A DNA stretch of 64,000 nt from contig OX597838.1 of NCBI GenBank assembly GCA_951406725.2, positions 36,208,001-36,272,000 on the forward strand, read 5' to 3'. The position numbers and the translations under genes were made by a program. Source of the stretch: Octopus vulgaris (lineage: Eukaryota). The notes below the pieces were generated by a model. It was not told where the DNA came from. It did no database searches and saw nothing but the letters and a program-made list of their open reading frames with translations. Below are positions 1 through 13,530 of the stretch, in pieces. Numbering within the stretch: the stretch's first letter is position 1; each line of letters begins with the position of its first letter.

Positions 1-330
1 TGGCACCTTGGGCAAGTGTCTTCTACTATAGCCTCGGGCTGACCAAAGCCTTGTGAGTGGATTTGGTAGACGGAAACTGAAAGAAGCCTGTCGTATATAT
101 GTATGTGTGTTTGTGTGTCTGTGTTTGTCCCCCTAGCATTGCTTGACAACCGATGCTGGTGTGTTTATGTCCCCATTACTTAGCGGTTCAGCAAAAGAGA
201 CCAATAGAATAAGTACTAGGCTTACAAAAGAATAAGTCCCAGGGTTGAGTTGCTCGATTAAAGGCGGTGCTCTAGCATGGCCGCAGTCAAATGACTGAAA
301 CAAATAAAAGAGTAAAAGAGAGTAAAAGAG
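1..330 (+). mobile_element. SINE family A (tRNA-derived, CORE-like), 5' end cut by window
   Basis: CCTTGGGCAAGT core, internal TA/TG microsatellite, 3' GCATGGCCGCAGTCAAATGACTGAAAC + (TAAAAGAG)n tail; many near-identical copies in window. Confidence 0.9.
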
Positions 331-577
331 TATGTATGTATGTATGTGTGTGTGATTTAAATAAAGAAGAATTATTGCCATTATTAATAGTGTTAATAAG
401 GTAATCATAAGATGGCTAGCAAGTTCACACCATTACTGGCACAATATAGGGTAAATTTAGATTCAGCAGGGTATATAATACCACTTGCTAAAATCAGAGC
501 CAATCCTCCAAAAACCACCATAAAATTCACGATAAAGATACACATGAGCAATGCAATGACCATATATATACACACAT

Positions 578-619
<42 letters not shown>

Positions 620-931
620 GACAGGCTTCTGTACTATTTCCAGCTACCAGTTTCACTCACAAGGTATCAGTTAGCATGAAACTATATATATATATATATA
701 TAGTAGTAGTAATAGTAGTAGAAGTAATAATAATAATAATCCATGAATGGATTACTATTATTATTATCTTCATCATTATTATTATTGTTCTATTTCACAT
801 TATATTGGCACAATTCACTGGAGCGTCATAAAACTGATATTGCAAGTTGGTATCATTAGGCTGCAGATGACAAAATAAAATAGGAGCTTTTATATACCTA
901 CTCAAAATCGTTTCCTGTAAAAAGCTTAAAG

Positions 932-970
<39 letters not shown>

Positions 971-1109
971 ACACATTACAATAATATTTCCATTTACTTT
1001 AGGTATTCTTCTTTCTGTCTGAGTTAACTTAAATTTGTTTTTCATATGAACATATTATGTGAGTGAATAGATGTATTTCTATGCATATTTGTATGTGTGT
1101 GTATGTATG

Positions 1110-1147
<38 letters not shown>

Positions 1148-1313
1148 GTTATTACAAATTTGGGATTTTACCAATGGAATCACAACTCCTATTTCTGGAC
1201 AACCTTACATTCTGGAATACACATAGAAAGTTACATCCAATATAATAATATAATAGTATAAGCATTTTAAAGCCTACTATAAAGTACTATAAAATTAAAG
1301 TACAATAGAAGTA

Positions 1314-1356
<43 letters not shown>

Positions 1357-1507
1357 TATATATATATGTATATATATATGTATATATATATCTACACATA
1401 TATGTATATATATATATGCACACACACACATATATATATATATACATATATAAATGAAGGCACATTGCTCAGTGGTTAGAGAATTTAACTTACAAGTGTG
1501 AGGTTAT

Positions 1508-1906
1508 TAGAGCGACAAGCTGGCAGAATCATTAGCACGCTGGGTGAAATTCTTAGCGGTATTTCGTATGTCTTTACGTTCTGAGTTCAAATTACGCCGA
1601 GGTCGACTTTGCCTTTCATCCTTTCGGGGTCGATAAATTAAGTACCAGTTACACACTGGGGTTGATATAATCAACTTAATCCATTTGTCTGTCTTTGTTT
1701 GTCCTCTCTGTGTTTAGCCCCTTGTGGGTAGTAAAGAAGTAGGTATTTCGTCTGCCGCTACATTCTGAGTTCAAATTCTACCGAGGTCGACTTTGCCTTT
1801 CATCTTTCAGGGTCATTAAACGAAGTACCAGTTATGTACTGGTGTTGATCTAATCGACTGGCCCCTTCCCCCAAAATTTCGGGCCTTGTGCCTAGAGTAG
1901 AAACGA
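1508..1906 (+). mobile_element. SINE B head-to-tail dimer
   Basis: Two GGTCGACTTTGCCTTTCATC...AAGTACCAG (Meta-like) domains; junction AAAGAAGTAG|GTATTTCG at 1741; flanking TGTGAGGTT direct repeat (1497/1909). Confidence 0.85.
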
Positions 1907-2078
1907 ACTGTGAGGTTGTGAGTTTGATTCTTGAAGTGGGCGGTGTGATGTGTTCTTGAGCAAGACACATTATTTTCACATTACTTGAGTTCATTCAGTT
2001 GTAGAAATGAGTTGTGAAGTCACTAGTGCAAAGCTGTACTGCCCCTGGACAAGATCAGTGGTATGGAGAATGAAAATA

Positions 2079-2309
2079 AGGCGGCGAGCTGGCAGAAACG
2101 TTAGCACGCTGGGCAAAATGCGTAGCCGTATTTCGTCTGCCATTACATTCTGAGTTCAAATTCCGCTGAGGTCGACTTTGCCTTTCATCCTTTCGGGGTC
2201 GATAAATTAAGTACCAGTTACGCTCTAGGGTCGATATAATCGACTTAATCCATCTGTCTGTCCTTGTTTGTCCCCTCCATGTTTAGCCCCTTGTGGGTAG
2301 TAAAGAAAT
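2079..2309 (+). mobile_element. SINE B, full length
   Basis: GGCGGCGAGCTGGCAGAA head, B-box GAGTTCAAATTCC, tail CCCCTTGTGGGTAGTAAAGAAAT; TSD GGTATGGAGAATG (2059/2317). Confidence 0.9.
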
Positions 2310-2459
2310 CGAAATCGGTATGGAGAATGGAAAGAGGCATGCATGGGTAACTGTCGGTCTTCCACAAACAACCTTGCCAAAACCTTGCCTCAGAGAGGAA
2401 CGCTCTAAGTGCATTCCCATGATCATTTATGACCACATGTGTATGCATCTACATGTATA

Positions 2460-2640
2460 TATCCTTTTTCTCTTGGATTTTCCCCTCTCTCCTGTTTCTG
2501 AAGAAGAGCTTTGCTCGAAACATAAAAGAACCTTCCTTTCCTTCCCTGAGCATCTAATACTTTGCATGTACCATGTCTTTGCGTTGCTGTTTTTACTTGT
2601 GCTTTTTTCTTCGTTTCTTTTTTTCTGGATTAACTATATA
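2460..2640 (+). mobile_element. Penelope-like non-autonomous repeat (family H) with hammerhead motif
   Basis: CTGAAGA-AGAGC ttt GCTC-GAAA; ends GGATTAAC(TA)n; homologous to 15055-15245 and 44678-44860. Confidence 0.65.
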
Positions 2641-2646
2641 TATATA

Positions 2647-3030
2647 CTAGCAGTATCGCCCGGCGTTGCTCGGGTTTGTAAGGGAAATAACTATATAAGC
2701 ATTTTTAGAGAGTTATAGCCAAAAAATAGCAAAAAAATGCATTCAAAATGGAAAAAAAATGATGGTAAATTTTTTTTTAAATCGTTGACTCATTGTAGAC
2801 ATTTTTAGAGAGTTACTTCCCTTATATAATAGCGAAAAAATGCATTAAAATGGAAGAAAAAGATGGTAAATTTTTTTTTAAATCGTAGACTCATCGTAGA
2901 CATGCGCTAATACCCAGAAGGGCTCAATATGAATCACGACTATAAGTTAAACTGCACCGCAAAATGTGGGAGTAGTTAGGAATCTAAATCGTAGGAGACA
3001 GACACACAACTTGACTTTTATATATAATGA
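2647..3030 (-). mobile_element. Non-autonomous Helitron-like element
   Basis: On minus strand starts TC, ends with CCCGAGCAACGCCGGG hairpin + CTAG, sits between A and T with no TSD; homologous to 26238-26546. Confidence 0.8.
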
Positions 3031-3378
3031 TATGTGTGTGTGTGTGTATATATATGTGTGTGTCCTCCATTCTTTTTCTTTCTTCTGGATTTTCTCTACA
3101 TTTCTGACAAAGGACTCTGTCCAAAACGTTATACTTTCACTTTATTAGTTGGTGCATTGTTCTAATAATTTCAAACATGAATGTTCCTTGGACTTTCTTT
3201 GTTTTTTTTTATATTTGTTCCTTGTTTTTAAATATGATATATAATGCATAAACAGAGCCTTAAAGATTGCTTTAAGATACGAGGCATAATTTACAAATAT
3301 TCCTGTTCAACTATCATAAAAGCATGAAACTATTAGTAGCTCTTTCGGTTGTATATTTAATTTGATATACATACATAT

Positions 3379-3411
<33 letters not shown>

Positions 3412-3501
3412 TACATACATACATATATATATACCTATATATGTATATACTTGATAGTTGTAAGCACCTGTATATACCATTTAGTGGTGTAGGTGATAGA
3501 G

Positions 3502-3868
3502 TATATTAATCAAAATAAAAACATGATTCAAAGGATTTAGCGGTACATATGTTTCAGGCCTTTATTAGACGGTTTTATAACAATGCATAATTGATGTAAA
3601 TGTGTGTCTATGGCCTTCTTCAGTCAAAAGTGGGATGGACGCTTCGATTTCGTGTTGGTGCCCCACTCTGTCGTACGCGACTATGAGGATTTGCATCCCC
3701 AACGTAAAACTTATAATGTAATGCATGTCCTTGAAGTAGTACGCGGCTGAAGAAGGCTATAGACACACATTTACTTTAATTATGCATTGTTATATAACCG
3801 TCTAATAAAGGCCTGAAACACATGTACCGCTAAATCCTTTGAATCATGTTTTTATTTTGATTAATATA
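3502..3868. mobile_element. Penelope-type inverted repeat pair (122-bp arms, 123-bp spacer)
   Basis: 3502-3623 is the near-exact reverse complement of 3747-3868; arms carry a hammerhead core; flanked by TA-rich microsatellite. Confidence 0.7.
3743..3830 (+). ncRNA. Type I hammerhead ribozyme motif (long stem II loop)
   Basis: GCGG-CTGAAGA-AGGC...GGCCT-GAAA-CACATG-TA-CCGC; stem I GCGG/CCGC, GUA triplet. Confidence 0.65.
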
Positions 3869-3941
3869 TATGTATATATATATGTATACATACATACACA
3901 TATATATATATATGTATATATATATGTATACATACATACAC

Positions 3942-3973
<32 letters not shown>

Positions 3974-4189
3974 ATGCGTGTGTGTGTATGTATATTTATT
4001 TATGGGTAATGTTTTGGATATGCACATAAAGCTCTTATTCTATGAAAGTGATCTACCTGATGTCCATGGATACTATGGACTCTATTGTAATCATTCCAGG
4101 TACATGGACACTGATCTTAAAAGTCATGTGATTTGTGGAAACATGCATTAAGTGTTTATAAATTCATTCCAAGGATTATTGTTATTATT

Positions 4190-4321
4190 AATATATATAT
4201 GTATGTTTATATATATACACACACATATAATATATATATATATACATATATATATACATATATATGTATACATATATATATATATATATACATATATATA
4301 TACACATATATATACATATAC

Positions 4322-4369
<48 letters not shown>

Positions 4370-4423
4370 ATACATATATACATATATATATACATATAAA
4401 TACATATATACATATATATATAC

Positions 4424-4454
<31 letters not shown>

Positions 4455-4548
4455 CATATATACATATATATATACATATATACATATATATACACACACA
4501 CACACACATACATATATACATATATATACACACACATATATATATATA
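4190..4548. repeat. (TA)n/(TACA) microsatellite
   Basis: Direct inspection. Confidence 0.95.
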
Positions 4549-5059
4549 TTTGTATTAATGTTTGTTTTTATGTTCCATTATGAGAAAAACAAGTTTATAT
4601 TAATCTGAAGGGTTACACCAAGTTTTTTTTTAGAATATGAATTTATGATTCTTAAAACAAGAGTAATATTGACCAGTAACTTCGAAAACTTTGGCCAGTC
4701 CGGCCACTGTCCGGCAGTCCAACAATGGCTAAACAGGCCAAATCTTTGAAGTCACTCTCAATTAGATTCTTCTTTAAGAATAACTTATATATATTCATGT
4801 CTGTGTGTGTAAGTGTTTATGAATATATATTCATGTATGTATATGCGGTATGTACAATTTTAATTGCTTTAAGATATCTACTTGCTTCAGAAGTTCTTCT
4901 TTGAATCGATGCTAACTCTTATTTCTTTTTCCATGAGAACATAGTAAGTGAGTGTGTACATATATCTTCATGCACATGCGTGTGTGTATAATTTATGTTA
5001 ACGTATATATATATATCTATTAGCCCATGAGTCTGTGTGTATATATATATTTACAGATA

Positions 5060-5261
5060 CCTATAAATAAAATTATATTGGTATTTTATTTATGGGTGTA
5101 TGTAAATATATATGCATGTACACACAGACACATGAGCGTATAGATATATGTGTATGTATATATATATATACATATATCTATATGCTCATGTGGCTGTGTG
5201 TATATGCATATATATTTACATACACCCATAAATAAAATACCAATATAATTTTATTTATAGG
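5060..5261. repeat. Fold-back palindrome centred on (TA)n
   Basis: ~90-bp arms, about 3 mismatches by eye. Confidence 0.85.
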
Positions 5262-5262
5262 C

Positions 5263-5668
<406 letters not shown>

Positions 5669-5713
5669 TAATATATATCAATATAAAACCCTGTTAATAT
5701 TTATATATATATA

Positions 5714-5770
5714 TTTTTTTTTTCTCGTTTCAGGTGAGTCTCAGAGCATTTTATTTGATCTTAGGTTAGT
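5714..5770 (+). other. Candidate recursive splice site (AG|GT) with 31-nt cryptic exon
   Basis: TTTTTTTTTTCTCGTTTCAG|GTGAGT, second donor TAG|GTTAGT at 5764/5765. Confidence 0.4.
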
Positions 5771-6215
5771 AACAGTTATAATTTTAATTTCAGTATTTAA
5801 AAAAAATATTTGAAAAAAATCTTTAATTTAACTACTTTTCTTAGAAAGAAAGATATTAGTATATTGTTTATGATCATATATGTATGTTTTTTTATCTGTG
5901 GCTTTGTGCATTTCTGTGTGTATGTGTATTCCAACATTTACCAATTATAAAAATTTGATTCTATATTTTAAACACTCGTAAAAGATGTGAAAAGTAAATG
6001 TAAATGCGGAATAAGATGTATATAGATTTGTATGTATATATGTGTGTGTGTATATATGTCTATTGGTTTGTTTACGATTTTTCTGTCCATGGGTTTAAAT
6101 ACTTTTTTTTACATGTGATTGTGTGTATGTATGTATACATCCCCTCTCTTTATATATATACACACAGACATATATATATATATATATAAGTATATGTGTG
6201 TGTGTATATAATATA

Positions 6216-6246
<31 letters not shown>

Positions 6247-6291
6247 CTATATTTGCATATGTATATATATATATATATATATGCATATAAA

Positions 6292-6332
<41 letters not shown>

Positions 6333-6372
6333 TCTCTATATAGATATTTATAAGATGTATGTCTATACATAA

Positions 6373-6403
<31 letters not shown>

Positions 6404-6730
6404 ATCTGTGTGTGTGTTTTATATATGTTTTATATGCGTGTGTATATTTATGTATATATATAGTGTATGTATATACAAGTGCATATGCGTGCGTGTTTGT
6501 AGGTTTGTTCATTATTCTCTGTCCATTTATATACACACTGCACAGATCCTTTAGGCTGGCCTATCACAAACACAAGAAACTTCATTAGTTTAAACAAAAA
6601 CGCAACAAAAAAAACAAAAATACCCCCGCTGCCACCCACCACCCCCCGCCCACCACCACAACACAGATAATATGACCACAACTTCGAAGTCAAAATGTAA
6701 ACATATTTATAGAAACGGTAATGGTGACAC

Positions 6731-6761
<31 letters not shown>

Positions 6762-7280
6762 AATATTAATAATAATAATAATATTCATAAGAAGAATGAT
6801 AATAATAAGGATAGTTATGATAATAATAATAATAATAAAAATGATGATGATGATGATAATCATGATGATGGCAAAGTAAAAGCTTACTAAAAGTCATGGG
6901 GTTTAAATATACATATAATATATTGACATTTTGGCATGTCTTTATATATTTATATTTATTGGAATGTAATTGTATGTGTGTGTGTATGTGTGTGTGTGTG
7001 TTGATAATTGATATATGTATGTATATACATATTCATATATACCCCATCATTATTGCACACCTACCTGCATATATATATATACACATGAATATATACATGC
7101 AGATAAGTATACATATATACACTCATGCATGCATATACATACATGGAAACACACACATACATATTTAATTTATACACATATATGCATACGCTTAAACCAG
7201 TGCATATGTATACACACACAGATATGTACATAGACATAGCTATATACCTATATATACTCACATACATACATAAACACACC

Positions 7281-7324
<44 letters not shown>

Positions 7325-7521
7325 CATATATGCACACGCACACCCACTCATTCACACACATACACACACATATATATATTTATATTGCATATACATGTGC
7401 ACATTTATCTATGTATAAATATTTGTACATATCTCTATGTGTATGTGGGTAGGGTGTGCTGTACATTTTTATTGTATGTCTTTGGTCTAAATAGAAACAG
7501 TTTTAAAATAATAACAAAATA

Positions 7522-7552
<31 letters not shown>

Positions 7553-8728
7553 TAGCAGCAGCGTTGGAAAAAAGCAAAAGTCAAAAACAGCCATCAGACG
7601 AAATGGAAGTAAATTGTAAATAGAACTTTAATTGAACTTGCAGACTTTGATTCTGACTTTCAGTATGTTTTTGATGTCTTTTGTGAAATGGGTGTGTTTT
7701 GTGTGTGTGTGTGTGTGAGTGTGTGTGTGTGTAAGTGCGTGTGTGTGTGTGTGGTTGTGCAGAGGGGAAATGGAACCAATAATATCATGTGTGACATTAT
7801 TTGCTCAAGTGTGTATATATATGTATGTATATATATATATGTAATATATATATATATATATGTATGTATGTATGTATATGTATATATGTGTATATATTTA
7901 GAAATTATAGAAATATAAGCATGTATAAGCACACACATATATATATATATATGTATGTATGTATAAATATATATATATATATTTGAAAATTATAGAAATA
8001 TAAATGTATGTGTGTGTGTTTATATATATATATATACATACACTTATGTATGTGTATATATATATATCTATATTTAGAAATTAAAGTAATATAAGTGTGT
8101 GTGTGTTTATATATACATACACATATGTATGTATATATATATATATACATACATACACACGTATGTATGTATGCACATATATCTATATGTATATATATAT
8201 ATATACATACACATATGTATATATATAAATATATATACACATATATATATATTACTATATATCTATTTATACGTTATATATATATGTAGTTATATTTGTA
8301 TGCAGGCAGATTTAGAGATAGGTAGATAGATAATTAGAGAGATAGATACATACATAGGTACCTAGGTGGATAGGTAGGTAGCTATGTAGGTACATTGGTG
8401 CATAGATATACTGATAGATATCTAGAGTGACAGACAGAGAAATAGATAGATGGATGCATACTTAAGTTGTTAGCTAGCTAGGTAGATATATATATACATA
8501 TATAAAGTAGCCAGATAGATAGATAGACAGACAGAGAGATAGATAGATAGATAGATGCAAGTATTTTCATTTGGTGAAGAACTTCTTCATAACTAAATGG
8601 TTTGTTGTTCATTTCCATCATATGGTAGCTTGCACAAGTGTCTTCTATCATTGCCACATGTCAAGCAATGTCTTGTGAGTGAAATTTGATCGATAGAAAA
8701 TCTACTGAGGCCAATTATATTTGTTGCT

Positions 8729-8770
<42 letters not shown>

Positions 8771-8855
8771 TGCTTCTGTGTTCTAAATCTTTTTTTTCTT
8801 TTGGTTACATTCCATACCTCAGAAGTTTGGTAAAAAGTTATTTATTAAATAATAT

Positions 8856-9252
8856 TACTCTTTTACTCTCTTACTTGTTTCAGTCATTTGACTGCGGCCA
8901 TGCTGGAGCACTGCCTTTAGTCGAGCAACTCGGCCCTGGGACTTATTCCTTTTGTAAGCCCAGTACTTATTCTATCGGTCTCTTTTTGCCGAACCGCTAA
9001 GTAACGGGGATGTAAACACACCAGCATCAGTTGTCAAGCAATGCTAGGGGGGACAAACACAGACACACAAACATACACACACATACATATATATATACAT
9101 ATATATGACAGGCTTCTTTCAGTTTCCGTCTACCAAATCCACTCACAAGGCATTGGTCGGCCCGGGGCTATAGCAGAAGACGCTTGCCCAAGATGCCACG
9201 CAGTGGGACTGAACCTGGAATCATGTGGTTTGTTAGCAAGCTACTTACCACA
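8856..9252 (-). mobile_element. SINE A
   Basis: Reverse complement of family A; 5' head slightly truncated. Confidence 0.9.
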
Positions 9253-9714
9253 CGTTTTATTAAATAACTGAGCTTCATCTTATTGAATGCCACATTAAAG
9301 GCAGTGCCTTTTCATGGCTGCAGTCCAATGACTAAGGGCAGCAAAAGAAGAAAAAAATAAGGGTGTATATATATTTGTGTTGATACACATGTAGCTGATT
9401 AGTGAAGAAGTTTGCTTTTCGGTTGTGAGGGATTAGGTTAAAGGTTACATGCAAAATCAAGGCAGAGAGACAGTAACACATGCATGTACACACACACACA
9501 TATCTATAATGGGCTTCTTTCAGTTTCCCTCAAGCAACTCCACACACAAAGCTTTGGTAGGTCTGAGGATATGGAGGAAGGCACTCACCCAAGCTTCCAC
9601 TTCCTAACCATGTGTTTAGGAAGCAGGCTTCTCATCATACAACCCCACACATTCCTCTGTCTGTCTCTCTGTCTGTCAAGCAATCAATCACTCAGTCTAT
9701 CTATGTATATAGAT

Positions 9715-9978
<264 letters not shown>

Positions 9979-10660
9979 CAAACGGGAAGGAAGAGCTATT
10001 TTCATCATCCTTGTGGCTATGGCGAAAGAATGTATCTGGTGGACGCGTCTGAAAGGATTGGAGACAAACACTTTCCTCTCTGGTCAATCTCTCATCAACT
10101 TCTTCAAGTACCACTTGAAAAGGAAAGTGAGAGTAGAGAGGCAAGTTTTGTCTAGCGAATGTTTTAAAAAAGATGTGTGAATGTAGCAAGGATGGCACGT
10201 ATGAATGACGAAGCCACCTTGAGCATAATCCTATGAACCCAGAAATTGAAGGTTACCCACTTGCAACCAAATGTGGGAACATATAACAATATTGACCGAG
10301 GTTACCGTGGACTTTTTCGTAGGCTTTTCTTCCCACAGATAAACCTCATCTGCTTTCCCCTTTACACCATACATCATGACACTGTGATACACGATCCCTA
10401 TTGATCGTTTTTTTTTTCCTCTTCCCCTTTTTTTCCTCCTTTTTCTTCTTTTTTCATTTTTCTTTTCTTTTGTTCCTTTTCTTTTTTTCTTGTTTTTTTC
10501 TTTTTTTCTTTTCCTTTTTCCCTTTTACGATCCCTTTTGATCGAAAACCTACGCCACTTTTTTTTTCTTTTGTTTTTTGCTTTTTTCATCCCCCAAAAGA
10601 AAAGATCTACCTTGTAATTTGTCACATCTGTGTGCAGCCCTGTGTGGCCAATAAAGAAAC
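9979..10660 (+). mobile_element. 5'-truncated Tx1-clade (L1 group) LINE: ORF2 C-terminus + 3' UTR, inserted in (TCTA)n
   Basis: Manual translation KREGRAIFIILVAMAKECIWWTRLKG...NFFKYHLKRKVRVERQVLSSECFKK (frameshift ~10170) resembles the L1/Tx1 AKxxIWxxR motif; T-rich UTR ending AATAAAGAAAC; TCTA repeats on both sides. Confidence 0.65.
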
Positions 10661-10734
<74 letters not shown>

Positions 10735-10897
10735 GCCTGTCTGTCTATCTATCTATCTATATGTCTATCTATATGTCCGTATTAATGTATACACAATTTC
10801 TAAACACCAAATGATTTATCAACATGTAATTATTAAAGTGAAAAAATTATAAGAAAACCATTTCTATTTATTTTCCCAATTGATTTCTTCAAATACT

Positions 10898-10930
<33 letters not shown>

Positions 10931-11093
10931 ATCTATAAAAGATTGTAATATACATAAGATGGTTTTCACAAAACTTCAGTATGTATCCTTCTGACACATA
11001 CTAGCATGAAAACAGGGACATAAAACAAAAGAACAAAAGTTTGATATGTGTTCTAAAGGGTGTCCCAGATTTAACTATCTATTTCAATGAAAT

Positions 11094-11506
11094 TACTCTC
11101 TCTCTTTTACTCTTTTCAGTCATATGACTGCGGCCATGCTGGAGCACCGCCTTTAGTCGAGCAAATCGACCCCGGGACTTATTCTTTGTAAGCCCAGTAC
11201 TTATTCTATCGGTCTCTTTTGCCGAACCGCTAAGTGACAGGGACGTAAACACACCAGCATCAATTGTCAAGCAATGCTAGGGGGACAAACACAGACACAC
11301 AAACATATCCACACACACTTATATATATATATACATATATATGACAGGCTTCTTTCAGTTTCCATCTACCAAATCCACTCACAAGGCATTGGTCGGCCCG
11401 GAGCTTTAGCAGAAGACACTTGCCCAAGATGCCACGCAGTGGGACTGAACCTGGAACCATGTCGTTGGTTAGCAAGCTACTTACCACACAGCCACTCCTG
11501 TGCCTA
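11094..11506 (-). mobile_element. SINE A, full length
   Basis: A-box TGGCTGTGTGG and B-box GGTTCAGTCCC on minus strand. Confidence 0.9.
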
Positions 11507-11616
11507 TTAGGCAAATTTAAAAACAAAAGTGATTAAATTTTATGTTTATTACTTAATTACGATCCCAAAACAAATAGATTTATAAATCCTGTACCAAAAC
11601 TTTAGTGAAAATTTTC

Positions 11617-11963
11617 TTCAGTCCCACTGCGTGGCATCTTGGGCAAGTGTCTTCTCCTATAGCCCCGGGCCGACCAATGCCTTGTGAGTGGATTTGGTAG
11701 ACGGAAACTGAAAGAAGCCCGTCGTATATATGTATATATATATGTATATGTTTGTGTGTCTGTGTTTGTCCCCCTAGCATTGCTTGACAACCGATGCTGG
11801 TGTGTTCATGTCCCTGTTACTTAGCGGTTCGGCAAAAGAGACCGATAGAATAAGTACTGGGCTTACAAAAGAATAAGTCCCGGGGTCGAGTTGCTCGATT
11901 AAAGGCGGTGCTCCAGCATGGCCGCAGCCAAATGACTGAAACAAGTAATAGAGTGAAAGAGAG
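11617..11963 (+). mobile_element. SINE A, 5'-truncated, inverted relative to preceding copy
   Basis: Family match. Confidence 0.9.
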
Positions 11964-12099
11964 TTATCTCCTGCACTGCTAGCAGAATGTGTTTTTGGGG
12001 TTCAGCTAAAATATTGCTCCATCTTCAAGATGGAGACAGAGAAAATAATTGCAACCAAATTGAAAAAAAATAACTGCTTTGGACAGATAATCAGGATCC

Positions 12100-12312
12100 A
12101 ACAGCAAAAGGCACCTGTGCAGGTGGCACATAAAAAGCACCCACTACACTCTCGGAGTGGTTGGCGTTAGGAAGGGCATCCAGCTGTAGAAACACCGCCA
12201 GATCTGACTGGAGTCTGGTGCAGCCTCCTGGCTTCCCAGATCCCAGTTGAACCGTCCAACCCATGCTAGCATGGAAAGCGGACGTTAAACGATGATGATG
12301 ATGATGATGATG
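12100..12312 (+). mobile_element. Family C element (RTE-like tail)
   Basis: GGTTGGCGTTAGGAAGGGCATCCAGCTGTAG; ends GGACGTTAAAC(GAT)n. Confidence 0.8.
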
Positions 12313-12333
12313 AAAAGAAAAATTATAAGAATG

Positions 12334-12726
12334 CTCTTTACTTGTTTCAGTCATTTGACTGTGGCCATGCTGGAGCACTGCCTTTGGTCGAGCAAATTGA
12401 CCCCAGGACTTATTCTTTGTAAGCCTAGTACTTATTCTATTCGTTTCTTTTGCCGAGCTGCTAAGTTACGGGGACGTAAACACACAAGCGATGTTGGGGG
12501 GACAAACACAGACACACAAACATATACACACACACATACATATATATATAGACATATACATGACGGGCTTCTTTCAGTTTCCGTCTACCAAATCCTCGCA
12601 CAAGGCTTTGGTCAGTATGAGGCTGTAGCAGAAGACACTTGCCCAAGGCGCCACGCAGTGGGACTGAACCCAGAACCATGTGGTTGGCAAGCAAGCTACT
12701 TACCACACAGCCACTCCTGTGCCTAT
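12334..12726 (-). mobile_element. SINE A
   Basis: Family match with small internal deletion. Confidence 0.9.
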
Positions 12727-13313
12727 ATAAATAAAATTTAAAATTTTTTACACTTTTAACACATTGAACATGATAAACAAAAATAAAAGTGAATTTAAAA
12801 AAAAAAATTGTCCGATTTCACTGAAATAGGTAATTAATTCAGAGACAGCTTGTATAAAAGCTTGTGATATGTATAAAATGATATTCACACAATCTCTCTC
12901 TCTCACACACACACGCAGGCACACACTTATATACATCATGTGTGAATATGCAAGTCTCTTTCTAAAAGTTCAGAGAGCAGAGGAAGGCTTTTTTGCCCAC
13001 AGCCTTTACCATTACTTTCAGATCAAGAGATAATGGAAGTCAGAGAATGTTAATTTGCTTAATTATCAGTTCGGAATTGTGTAGGCAATATATTGTGGTT
13101 GTTGTTGTTGTTGTTGGTTGTTGTTGTTTTGCTCCAGGTCAACCTTGATCCAGCAGACCTATGAAGAAATGTGTTCCAGCTGTGACCATCCTGTCTTTTA
13201 TTCAGGCACAGGATATCTTGGACTGCTGTGTGTGTGCTTGTGTCTGTGTATGCGTGTATAAAAGTGCATGCATGTCTCTCTATGTGAGAGTGTGTGTGAT
13301 GGTGTGTATGCAT

Positions 13314-13530
13314 CAAGCTGGCAGAAACGTTAGCACGCCAGGCGAAATGCGTAGCCGTATTTCGTCTGCCGCTACGTTCTGAGTTTGAATTCCGCCGAGG
13401 TCGACTTTGCCTTTTATTCTTTCGGGGTCAATAAATTAAGTACCAGTTACGCACTGGGGTCAATATAATCGACTTAATCCGTTTGTTTGTCCCCTCTGTG
13501 TTTAGCCCCTTATGGGTAGTAAAGAAACAG
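13314..13530 (+). mobile_element. SINE B
   Basis: Family match; followed by old family G (minus) and old SINE B 13702-13920. Confidence 0.85.

Larger units (their letters stand above)
1456..2430 (+). mobile_element. Old tRNA-derived SINE (family G) interrupted by two SINE B insertions
   Basis: Head GGCACATTGCTCAGTGGTTAG at ~1460 resumes at 1907 and 2317; similar to the copy at 22228-22420. Confidence 0.6.

Noticed and set aside
985-1010. Additional AG|GT ratchet sites (~1002, ~49692)
   Set aside because: Weak donors (GTATTC, GTAAAC) and weaker tracts; expected by chance.
2079-2170. tRNA genes at SINE heads
   Set aside because: A/B boxes only; no cloverleaf, and continuous with SINE bodies.
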